Source: a virus
Taxonomy: Duplodnaviria > Caudoviricetes
DNA length: 28,865 nt
Strand: one strand, 5' to 3'
IMG/VR virus record: IMGVR_UViG_3300032304_000770
Location: 1-28,865 of that record
In this document: piece after piece, positions 1 to 6,446 of the stretch
Numbering within the stretch: the first letter of the stretch is position 1
How the letters are laid out: every line of letters starts with the position of its first letter
Made by a program: the position numbers and the translations under genes
The notes under the pieces: model-generated
The model's database searches: none
What the model was told of the DNA's origin: nothing
The model's input: only the letters and a program-made list of their open reading frames with translations

Positions 1-31
1 AGTGGAAGTTCGACTCTTCTCACGTGTACCA
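1..31 (+). tRNA. 3' part of a tRNA cut by the window edge; identity unknown
   Basis: T-arm GGAAG-TTCGACT-CTTCT, then acceptor 3' strand and ACCA end. Confidence 0.8.
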
Positions 32-38
32 TTATAAC

Positions 39-112
39 CAGAGTGTAGCGTAAAAGTAGCGTACCGGCCTTGGAAGCTGGGGGAGGTGGGGCGGTACCAC
101 TCACTCTGACCA
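39..112 (+). tRNA. tRNA-Pro(TGG)
   Basis: Acceptor CAGAGTG/CACTCTG, anticodon arm CCGGC-CTTGGAA-GCTGG, encoded CCA; atypical T-loop GGCGGTA. Confidence 0.88.
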
Positions 113-128
113 TTTTAAAGGAGTAATC

Positions 129-362
129 ATGTTAGTAACAGTAAGTTCTGAAGTCGTGAAGGGATGGGTCTCAAAGGCTATTCCTTACTATAAGGATAGT
201 AGAAAAGGCTCTCTAGATCGTAATGAGCCTTCGGGAGAAAAGTTCTATTGCGAAATCTTGGATATGTGCTGGTTTGTAGATAATTTAGCAAATGTCGCTA
301 CATCATTCACATTTAACGAGAAAGAAATTATTCGACTTACTGTAGGTAGAAGTTTCTTTTAA
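129..362 (+). CDS. hypothetical protein (77 aa)
   Basis: AAGGAG RBS before ATG; fills the gap between two tRNAs. Confidence 0.7.
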   Translation: MLVTVSSEVVKGWVSKAIPYYKDSRKGSLDRNEPSGEKFYCEILDMCWFVDNLANVATSFTFNEKEIIRLTVGRSFF

Positions 363-366
363 TAAT

Positions 367-440
367 GGCCCATTCGTCTAATGGTAGGACACGAGATTTT
401 CACTCTCGGAACGCCGGATCGTAACCGGTATGGGCTTCCA
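367..440 (+). tRNA. tRNA-Glu(TTC)
   Basis: Acceptor GGCCCAT/ATGGGCT, anticodon arm CGAGA-TTTTCAC-TCTCG, Glu-type D-arm, CCA. Confidence 0.88.
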
Positions 441-555
441 ATTTTGAACAAGGCATTATAGTAAAGCAACTCAAACCAGAATGCCCGAAAGACCCACAAG
501 CATTTAGGTGCCCGTTGAAGCTGTTAGGAGTTACATTTAAAGAAAGGAACTACCC

Positions 556-999
556 ATGTCTGTATACGATGACGCAAGAGAAGCTATTATGGCTTCAAGC
601 AAAGAATCTTCTGTGTACGTTGGTGCTGATAGCATTCGATACAAGAAGAATGGAACTTGGTTCGCGAAGTACACATGGGTTATTGTCCTTCACATGGATT
701 CTAAGCGTGGGTGTAAGCTGTTCCATAACAGTATTGATATCCCAGACTATGGGAACATCAAGCAGAGAATGTTATCAGAAGTTGGCTATGCTATTGAAGC
801 TGCATCTGAAATTATCGATGTAGTTGGTGATAGACACTTGGAAATCCATATCGATATCAATCCAGACCCAAAGCATAAATCAAATGTTGCTTTGAAGGAA
901 GCAATCGGTTATGTTAGAGGTACATTCGGTTTCGATCCGATTGCAAAAAATGGGTCATGGGCGGCTACACACTGTGCCGACCACTTAGTTAGACACTAA
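556..999 (+). CDS. RNase H-like protein (YkuK/DUF458 family)
   Basis: Motifs VYVGADS, RMLSEV, LEIHIDINPD and AATHCADH typical of this family; AAGGA RBS. Confidence 0.75.
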   Translation: MSVYDDAREAIMASSKESSVYVGADSIRYKKNGTWFAKYTWVIVLHMDSKRGCKLFHNSIDIPDYGNIKQRMLSEVGYAIEAASEIIDVVGDRHLEIHIDINPDPKHKSNVALKEAIGYVRGTFGFDPIAKNGSWAATHCADHLVRH

Positions 1000-1009
1000 C
1001 TTAACGAGA

Positions 1010-1080
1010 TATTCTGCTGTCGTCTAATGGATAGGACAGTCTGGCCGGGGAATGTGGGTTCGAGTCCCACCAGCAGAATA
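1010..1080 (+). ncRNA. tRNA-like RNA lacking an anticodon arm
   Basis: 10-bp terminal stem TATTCTGCTG/CAGCAGAATA, D-arm GTCT-AATGGATA-GGAC, T-arm GTGGG-TTCGAGT-CCCAC; only about 16 nt between D and T arms; no CCA. Confidence 0.6.
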
Positions 1081-1091
1081 CATTTTTTCAG

Positions 1092-1121
1092 TTGACATAA
1101 CTTTTAGATTTGATATAAATA
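1092..1121 (+). promoter_or_regulatory. composite sigma70 (TTGACA) and T4-late (TATAAATA) promoter for tRNA-Arg
   Basis: TTGACA 1092-1097, TATAAATA 1114-1121. Confidence 0.7.
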
Positions 1122-1131
1122 ATCTACACGC

Positions 1132-1207
1132 GGACCTATGGTGAAACTGGACATCATCCTAGACTTCTAATCTTGTGTTTCAGGTTCGAGTCCTGATGGG
1201 TTCGCCA
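1132..1207 (+). tRNA. tRNA-Arg(TCT)
   Basis: Acceptor GGACCTA/TGGGTTC, anticodon loop CTTCTAA, T-arm TCAGG-TTCGAGT-CCTGA, CCA. Confidence 0.9.
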
Positions 1208-1228
1208 ATTATTTGAAGGAATTTTGTT

Positions 1229-1876
1229 ATGGAACGTTTCGTTATAAGTGATACACACTTCGCACATACTAACAGTTGGGAGAAGTTTAAGAGAGAAGAT
1301 GGCACTCCTCTGCGTCCATTTACTTCTACTGAAGAAATGGATGAAACTATGATCGAGCGTTGGAATGCTAGGGTTGGTCCTAATGATACTGTATATCATT
1401 GTGGTGACGTGGCCATAAATAAAAAGGGACTGGCTTCAGTTTCTCGTCTGAATGGTCGGAAAATTTTAGTCCGTGGTAACCATGACATCTTTAAGGATGA
1501 ACAGTATCGGGAAGTAGGATTTGAACAGATTCATGGCGTTCGAGTTTGGGTTGACCGATATATCTTTTCGCATATCCCTCTCCATCCGGACTGTGTTACT
1601 GATCGGTTCAGGGTGAATGTTCACGGCCATCTGCATGCTAATCAAGTGATGCGTTCAGTAAAAGATACTGATTATGTCATTGGTACTACTTTCGACGGAT
1701 CGAAGATTTATAACACCAAGGACGAGCCTGATCCTCGTTATTTTTGTGCAAGTGTGGAAAGGGTTAACTATACGCCAATGAGTTTCGATGAATTGGATAT
1801 CGAGATTGAGCGTAGATTTCATCAGTTTGGGTATGAACCGCCAAAGGGATACTTTAATGGTTCTGGGGCTTCTTGA
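1229..1876 (+). CDS. calcineurin-like metallophosphoesterase
   Basis: SDTHF, GD, GNHD, SH and HGHLH metal-binding motifs. Confidence 0.9.
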   Translation: MERFVISDTHFAHTNSWEKFKREDGTPLRPFTSTEEMDETMIERWNARVGPNDTVYHCGDVAINKKGLASVSRLNGRKILVRGNHDIFKDEQYREVGFEQIHGVRVWVDRYIFSHIPLHPDCVTDRFRVNVHGHLHANQVMRSVKDTDYVIGTTFDGSKIYNTKDEPDPRYFCASVERVNYTPMSFDELDIEIERRFHQFGYEPPKGYFNGSGAS

Positions 1877-2582
1877 TTCTACCCTTATGATACCCTAGTT
1901 GTAGAGCATTTTCTGGTTTAATTTTGTAATTTCTAATTCCATCATTAAACCAAGATGTGCCTCTACTTTTATCTCCAATTTTAGCCTTGGTAACATCGTC
2001 CAATTTAATTCCATATCTAGGATTGTTTTTACCCTTAGTCCTTTCTGAACACTTTCTTATCCATTCTTCACTGAAACAATTTTTAATATTTTTATTCCAC
2101 ACCGTGCAACCTTTATGAGATTCAGATAATTTTCTTCTGGTTTCCTCTGTGACTGGTGGTTTATTTCTCTGCGCTATCGACATTCTTTTTCTCGACTCAT
2201 CTGAGAAAATTTTACCCTTATTAGATTCAGACATTTTCTTTCTTGTTTCATCGGAAAATTTCTTACCTAAGTTAGTTTTACCGCTATTTGTGGAAAATTG
2301 ATGTAATCCATCCTCGATTATTAAATTTGCCCATTCTGATGATTTCACTATATCATTTTCCTCTGAAAATCTTAACGCAAATTCGGAACATAATTCTTGA
2401 GTATCAAACCCCCAAATTTCTTTAGTTTGGATGAATTCTCTTCCGTGCTTTCTGTAGTGTAATTTCCAATATTTACCAGAGCCCAAGTATTTAAATGGAT
2501 TTTTCTTTACAGTCATACCAAAATACTTTAATCCGGTAATAGAATGTTGTTTTACGTATAGATAAATAGTCTTGCTGGACAT
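1854..2582 (-). CDS. GIY-YIG (Seg-like) homing endonuclease with NUMOD3 repeats
   Basis: IYLYVKQHSITGLKYFG...YLGSG N-terminus, repeated SDETRKKMSES motifs; start moved to ATG 2582 with AGGAG RBS. Confidence 0.85.
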   Translation of the reverse strand: MSSKTIYLYVKQHSITGLKYFGMTVKKNPFKYLGSGKYWKLHYRKHGREFIQTKEIWGFDTQELCSEFALRFSEENDIVKSSEWANLIIEDGLHQFSTNSGKTNLGKKFSDETRKKMSESNKGKIFSDESRKRMSIAQRNKPPVTEETRRKLSESHKGCTVWNKNIKNCFSEEWIRKCSERTKGKNNPRYGIKLDDVTKAKIGDKSRGTSWFNDGIRNYKIKPENALQLGYHKGRIKKPQNH

Positions 2583-2656
2583 GATTGTCTCCTGTAGATT
2601 AATTGTTGAGTGTCTAGGGTCTGTGGAGTTCTTGCTGGTCCTCGCGACAGACATAC

Positions 2657-2664
2657 TATTTATA
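2657..2664 (-). promoter_or_regulatory. T4 late promoter for the GIY-YIG gene
   Basis: TATAAATA on minus strand about 75 nt upstream of the start. Confidence 0.65.
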
Positions 2665-2689
2665 TAGAATTGAACATGGAGTATTCATA

Positions 2690-2956
2690 ATGTATCAACT
2701 AATTAGAACGAAAGACCTTGCGGGTGACTCTGGTTCGATGTCGGTATCTCTAGGTGTTAAACATACTAGAGATGCTGAACCTACTGTAGGTGAATGTATC
2801 AAGGTAGGTTCACCCGTCCCTAGGTCATTCTATGAGCAAGATTGGTGGATGACGAATCCAGTTGCCGAAATTGTAGAACGAGTAATCGAGAATAACAAGT
2901 TGAAGGTGGTATTCAAGACTGAAAGTGGTTCCGAGTACATCTGGTATAAATATTAA
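2690..2956 (+). CDS. hypothetical protein (88 aa)
   Basis: GGAG RBS, ORF track. Confidence 0.7.
   Translation: MYQLIRTKDLAGDSGSMSVSLGVKHTRDAEPTVGECIKVGSPVPRSFYEQDWWMTNPVAEIVERVIENNKLKVVFKTESGSEYIWYKY
2945..2952 (+). promoter_or_regulatory. T4 late promoter for tRNA-Val
   Basis: TATAAATA just upstream of the tRNA. Confidence 0.6.
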
Positions 2957-2963
2957 CATCTAC

Positions 2964-3037
2964 ACCCCGTTAGTAGAGAAGTATAACGTCTGGTTTACAC
3001 CCAGAAGAAGAGGGAGCATTACCTTCACGGGGTACCA
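2964..3037 (+). tRNA. tRNA-Val(TAC)
   Basis: Acceptor ACCCCGT/ACGGGGT, anticodon arm TCTGG-TTTACAC-CCAGA, CCA; atypical T-loop AGCATTA. Confidence 0.88.
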
Positions 3038-3041
3038 ATTA

Positions 3042-3049
3042 TATAAATA
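3042..3049 (+). promoter_or_regulatory. T4 late promoter
   Basis: TATAAATA 10 nt upstream of the tRNA-like RNA at 3060. Confidence 0.6.
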
Positions 3050-3059
3050 CTACTATTAA

Positions 3060-3142
3060 GGCCGTGTAACCAGTTTAGTCTTCGAAACTATTATCTGTAA
3101 TTGGAGTTGAAAATGGGGGTTCGAGTCCCTCCTCGGTCGCCA
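3060..3142 (+). tRNA. non-canonical tRNA-Arg(TCG)-like RNA with no D-arm
   Basis: Acceptor GGCCGTG/CTCGGTC plus GCCA, canonical T-arm GGGGG-TTCGAGT-CCCTC, anticodon-like hairpin TAGT-CTTCGAA-ACTA nested in stem CCAGTT/AATTGG. Confidence 0.6.
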
Positions 3143-3158
3143 TTTCTGTAGGGTAAAA

Positions 3159-3743
3159 ATGAAAATTCTAAAAGTATACCACGGCACTAATGTCATCTTT
3201 GATAAGTTTGATGAAGCAAAGTCTAGAATCAAGAATGATTACTATGGCGGTGGAGTTGCATATTTCACTGACAATCTAGAAGTGGCTAAGGACTATGCCA
3301 AATCAATGTCAAAATCTACTGGTAATCAATTAGTCTACAGTGTATCATTGCAGACTCATAAGACCTTTGATATAGATGAAAATTTTACTGGGAAAGAATT
3401 GACAAAATTCTTTAATAAAAACGCAGAAGAGTTTTGTCGAGGTGCTGGGTTATTGAAACTTGGAGTAGATAAGTACAAAATTCTAACGGATGTTGAATCC
3501 GGAACTGCAGTTCTAACTGGAGACCAAATTTTTGCTGGCTTAAGTTCTGGAATGACAAGAACTCTTGCGGCTAGACAGAAGTTGATTTCACTTGGATATG
3601 ATTCATTGAGATATAACGGTGGTGAAATTTTTGGAGCAATTAAGCATAATGTTTGGTTGACATACAAAGCTTCTAATGTTAGTATCATCAAGATATATAT
3701 GTATGATGAACGAGGTAACAAATACGAACGTGTAAGAGGATAG
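3159..3743 (+). CDS. putative ADP-ribosyltransferase-fold protein (ART-PolyVal-like)
   Basis: YHGT..F.KFD, GGGVAYFT..LEVAKDYA and GYDS motifs. Confidence 0.6.
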   Translation: MKILKVYHGTNVIFDKFDEAKSRIKNDYYGGGVAYFTDNLEVAKDYAKSMSKSTGNQLVYSVSLQTHKTFDIDENFTGKELTKFFNKNAEEFCRGAGLLKLGVDKYKILTDVESGTAVLTGDQIFAGLSSGMTRTLAARQKLISLGYDSLRYNGGEIFGAIKHNVWLTYKASNVSIIKIYMYDERGNKYERVRG

Positions 3744-3768
3744 ATTATATCATCACTATAAGAATTAT

Positions 3769-3858
3769 TCCCCGGTACTCTAATGGTAAGAGGACGCACT
3801 GTTAATGCGTTGTATACGGTAAAACGTTATGCAAGTTCGAGTCTTGCTTGGGGAGCCA
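3769..3858 (+). tRNA. tRNA-Asn(GTT) with long variable region
   Basis: Acceptor TCCCCGG/TTGGGGA, anticodon arm ACGCA-CTGTTAA-TGCGT, about 20-nt variable region, T-arm GCAAG-TTCGAGT-CTTGC, CCA. Confidence 0.85.
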
Positions 3859-4087
3859 ATTATAACCTGAAGAGTTTCTAATCTGTCAACTCTTTAGTGC
3901 CGGTGGAGATTTCGTTCACTCGCGACCGGCATTATAACCTAAAACTTTTATTCCGAGCTATGGGGTTTTAGTGCTGGAGAGAGGTAAAGACTCGGATGAG
4001 CCTCAAGACCAGCGATTACATAGATTGAAGAGTGGAACATCTCGGCTGCTGATCTTCGGATCATAACGGAGCCACTCTTTTTATTAT

Positions 4088-4161
4088 GGCCTTATAGCTC
4101 AATAGAAGAGCGCTGAACTGATAATTCAGATACCGTGGAGCGTAACCACGTAGGGCTACCA
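4088..4161 (+). tRNA. tRNA-Ile(GAT)
   Basis: Acceptor GGCCTTA/TAGGGCT, anticodon arm CTGAA-CTGATAA-TTCAG, CCA; T-loop AGCGTAA. Confidence 0.88.
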
Positions 4162-4224
4162 GATGGGGTGAGAGCCAGAAATATCTCCGCGAGAGACCAT
4201 GGTCAGTCTCTCACTTTTATTTTA

Positions 4225-4315
4225 GGGTAGATAATTAGTCCGGCGACTGACACGGTCTTGAAAACCGTTGGTACCTGAAAGACGGTATGGGGATCGACAC
4301 CTCATCTGCCCGCCA
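4225..4315 (+). tRNA. tRNA-Ser(TGA)
   Basis: Acceptor GGGTAGA/TCTGCCC, anticodon arm ACGGT-CTTGAAA-ACCGT, long variable arm, G discriminator, CCA. Confidence 0.88.
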
Positions 4316-4324
4316 TTTCTTTAA

Positions 4325-4402
4325 GCCCGTCTAGCCCAACTGGCAGGAGGCAGCAGTTTCAAAAGCTGAACAGTATCGGTTCGAATCCGATGGCGGGTAC
4401 CA
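4325..4402 (+). tRNA. tRNA-Leu(CAA) with short variable loop
   Basis: Acceptor GCCCGTC/GGCGGGT, anticodon loop TTCAAAA, T-arm ATCGG-TTCGAAT-CCGAT, A discriminator, CCA. Confidence 0.8.
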
Positions 4403-4432
4403 AACTATTTTCAAAATAAGCGAAAATAATGG

Positions 4433-4461
4433 TTGACGTATAATGGTGAAAAATGTATATT
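4433..4461 (+). promoter_or_regulatory. sigma70-type early promoter
   Basis: TTGACG-17 nt-TATATT with an A-rich upstream region. Confidence 0.65.
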
Positions 4462-4514
4462 CTGAAACATGAGGAAGGGGTTGTCCTTTCCACCTTCAAA
4501 ATGGAGAATATATT

Positions 4515-4712
4515 ATGACTCAGTTTCAAGTTTCCGACCTCGTCAACGTCAAGATCGCCGGTTCGGGTCGCGGTCGTCCCCAGATGGCTAAGGTGCTCCG
4601 CAAGTGCGGTTGCTTCACCGAAGTCCAGTTCCGTCTCGGTCGGGTTGCCAAGGTTCCGACCAAGGCGATCATCGGTCAATACACCAAGGTCTACAACAAG
4701 AAGGCTGCTTAA
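4515..4712 (+). CDS. small basic hypothetical protein (early)
   Basis: GGAG RBS, C-ending codons, hairpin AAGGCTGC-TTAATC-GCAGCCTT at the stop. Confidence 0.8.
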   Translation: MTQFQVSDLVNVKIAGSGRGRPQMAKVLRKCGCFTEVQFRLGRVAKVPTKAIIGQYTKVYNKKAA

Positions 4713-4748
4713 TCGCAGCCTTCGGGTTTCTCTTAGAGGAGAATTGAC

Positions 4749-5132
4749 ATGGACCTAGATTACATTGTAGATCACATCACCGCAGAAGATGTCGTCGTTC
4801 TTGTAGATAGACTAGCGGATGAATTTCCGGAATGCTCATATCTATTCCGATCAAAGTGTGACGAGTGCAATTGGGTGCCTACCCCAGAAGTGCCAGAAAT
4901 TCAATATTACATTACCGTTCATGGTAACCATGAACCTGATCAAAGGGTAAGGGTTCTATATACACTAAAGAAAGTCTTTAAGATTGGGAACCATCAAGAA
5001 GTTATGAGAATCGTCTTTCCGTATGTCCATAAATATGCGTCATTTTGGCCAGAAGAATGGGTTCTGAAGGACGTCCAATCTCTACGAGATGCTGGAATTG
5101 AATGCGACTATGAGTCGGTGGTAGTTGAATGA
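4749..5132 (+). CDS. hypothetical protein
   Basis: GAGGAG RBS, overlaps the next start. Confidence 0.7.
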   Translation: MDLDYIVDHITAEDVVVLVDRLADEFPECSYLFRSKCDECNWVPTPEVPEIQYYITVHGNHEPDQRVRVLYTLKKVFKIGNHQEVMRIVFPYVHKYASFWPEEWVLKDVQSLRDAGIECDYESVVVE

Positions 5133-5551
5133 AAAATATCCTACACGTAGCACAAAATTCTACTGATACATTCCTAGAACTTCTGTTCATTTATTTTCTA
5201 GCGCTCATGGTTAGCACTGGTCTATTTTCATGGTTCGAAGCTCAGTCACTTCAGGATAGTTTTTACTGGGCATTCATTACTGCTACTACTGTCGGGTATG
5301 GTGATATTTCACCTAAGACCCTTGGTGGTCGAGCAGTAGCGTTCTTCCTTAGTCATTTCTCAATCTTCTTCATTCTTCCACTACTGATCGGTAAGGTATT
5401 GACAGTGATGTCTCCAGATAGTAATATGTGGTCACATGAAGAACAAGAAGAACTGAAAGAGACCATTCGGGAACTCAAGAGGGAACTCAAGAGGGAACTC
5501 AAGAGGGAACTCAAGAGGGTTCTGATTGATAAGGAGACAAAGAATGATTGA
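5129..5551 (+). CDS. 2-TM potassium channel protein (KcsA-like, Ion_trans_2)
   Basis: Pore helix and filter SFYWAFITATTVGYGDISP between two hydrophobic helices. Confidence 0.92.
   Translation: MKNILHVAQNSTDTFLELLFIYFLALMVSTGLFSWFEAQSLQDSFYWAFITATTVGYGDISPKTLGGRAVAFFLSHFSIFFILPLLIGKVLTVMSPDSNMWSHEEQEELKETIRELKRELKRELKRELKRVLIDKETKND
5469..5519 (+). repeat. 12-bp tandem repeat GGGAACTCAAGA x4 encoding (RELK)4
   Basis: Four perfect copies read directly. Confidence 0.95.
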
Positions 5552-5915
5552 TTATCCTAGCGAAGATCAAGCTGAACAGATCATTAAAGTTCTGATCGAG
5601 CGGTATCCTAACGTTCTGTCTCGTCTGAAAGAATTTGAAGATCGAGAAGATTTGCCCGGTGGTGGCTCTTGGTGGACTTGGCCAGTTAGACCAGACTATA
5701 AGCCTATGTGTTATAGATTTTGGTTCAAAGACTTTCCGAACCCTAAGGTGGCTTCAATTTTAGATAAGTATAGTATTACTGGTGACTTTGTTACTAGCCA
5801 GAAGAAATACTGGGCTACACGGAGTCTATTTATTTCTTTCGATGCCGCCAAAGATATCGAAGATGAACTAAAACTTGAAGATGATACTGTTAGGCTTCAG
5901 GGTTGGTATAAATAA
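5544..5915 (+). CDS. hypothetical protein
   Basis: AAGGAG RBS before ATG 5544. Confidence 0.7.
   Translation: MIDYPSEDQAEQIIKVLIERYPNVLSRLKEFEDREDLPGGGSWWTWPVRPDYKPMCYRFWFKDFPNPKVASILDKYSITGDFVTSQKKYWATRSLFISFDAAKDIEDELKLEDDTVRLQGWYK
5907..5914 (+). promoter_or_regulatory. T4 late promoter for tRNA-Gln
   Basis: TATAAATA. Confidence 0.6.
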
Positions 5916-5922
5916 GTAACAT

Positions 5923-5998
5923 TGGGGCGTGGTTTAATTGGTAAAACGTCCGGCTTTGGTCCGGAAGAGTGCAGGTTCGAGACCTGCCGCCCCATCCA
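5923..5998 (+). tRNA. tRNA-Gln(TTG)
   Basis: Acceptor TGGGGCG/CGCCCCA, anticodon arm TCCGG-CTTTGGT-CCGGA, T-arm GCAGG-TTCGAGA-CCTGC, CCA. Confidence 0.92.
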
Positions 5999-6010
5999 AT
6001 TCCTAAAATT

Positions 6011-6075
6011 TAGGTTGGTTACAGCAAAACATAACTCACAACTGTACTAGGTCCGAGAAACCTAGGCCCAACCTG
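6011..6075 (+). ncRNA. dispersed unit of the TROVE-associated small RNA family
   Basis: Stem TAGGTTGG/CCAACCTG, motif TTACAGCAAA, internal hairpin CTAGGT-CCGAGAA-ACCTAG; same layout as the units at 22006-22459. Confidence 0.6.
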
Positions 6076-6091
6076 TTATATTATGGAGAAT

Positions 6092-6445
6092 ATGATGACT
6101 GAAGAACAGAAGACTAATATCCTCAATCTGATTGAGGCACTGAAGACTTATCCTAAGGTTAAGGAAGCACTTAGAACCGCTGACGGATTTTGTTGTATTG
6201 GAGTTCTGTGTGAACTTAGTGGTTTTATTAGCCATCCTCCTGATGGTCGTGGTCAATATGATTACGTTTACGAGTTTGGGAATGACGTAGATGATGACCT
6301 AATTATGCCATATGATATTTTCACGAATATAACTGGCCTATCGACTGATGATATGCATCTTCTAATGAGACTAAATGACAACTGTAATACCTTCTACCCA
6401 GTAATCGAACAACTATATTATCTACTTAACAAAATGGAGAACTAA
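6092..6445 (+). CDS. hypothetical phage protein (FCCxGVLCE motif)
   Basis: GGAG RBS before ATG 6092. Confidence 0.7.
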   Translation: MMTEEQKTNILNLIEALKTYPKVKEALRTADGFCCIGVLCELSGFISHPPDGRGQYDYVYEFGNDVDDDLIMPYDIFTNITGLSTDDMHLLMRLNDNCNTFYPVIEQLYYLLNKMEN

Positions 6446-6446
6446 C

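Noticed and set aside
515-823. Alternative-frame ORF over the RNase H-like gene
   Set aside because: Shadow ORF with no RBS or motif; the same applies to 19507..19824, 20676..20936 and 22531..22731
2583-2654. Longer N-terminus of the GIY-YIG ORF from ATG 2654
   Set aside because: It lies immediately after the late promoter with no RBS, whereas ATG 2582 has AGGAG
3356-3799. Minus-strand ORFs opposite real genes (also 1154, 4359, 8688, 11203, 15148, 18651, 19908, 20197)
   Set aside because: Antisense shadows of well-supported genes or RNAs, with no recognisable motifs
3952-4080. Hammerhead, pistol or HDV-like (theta) ribozyme
   Set aside because: CGGATGAG only resembles the CTGATGA core and no matching GAAA or catalytic junction could be placed; kept only as an unknown structured RNA
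4168-4222. Alternative hairpins GTGAGAG/CTCTCAC and GAGAGAC/GTCTCTC between tRNAs
   Set aside because: Short and followed by a T-run; most simply a terminator or processing hairpin
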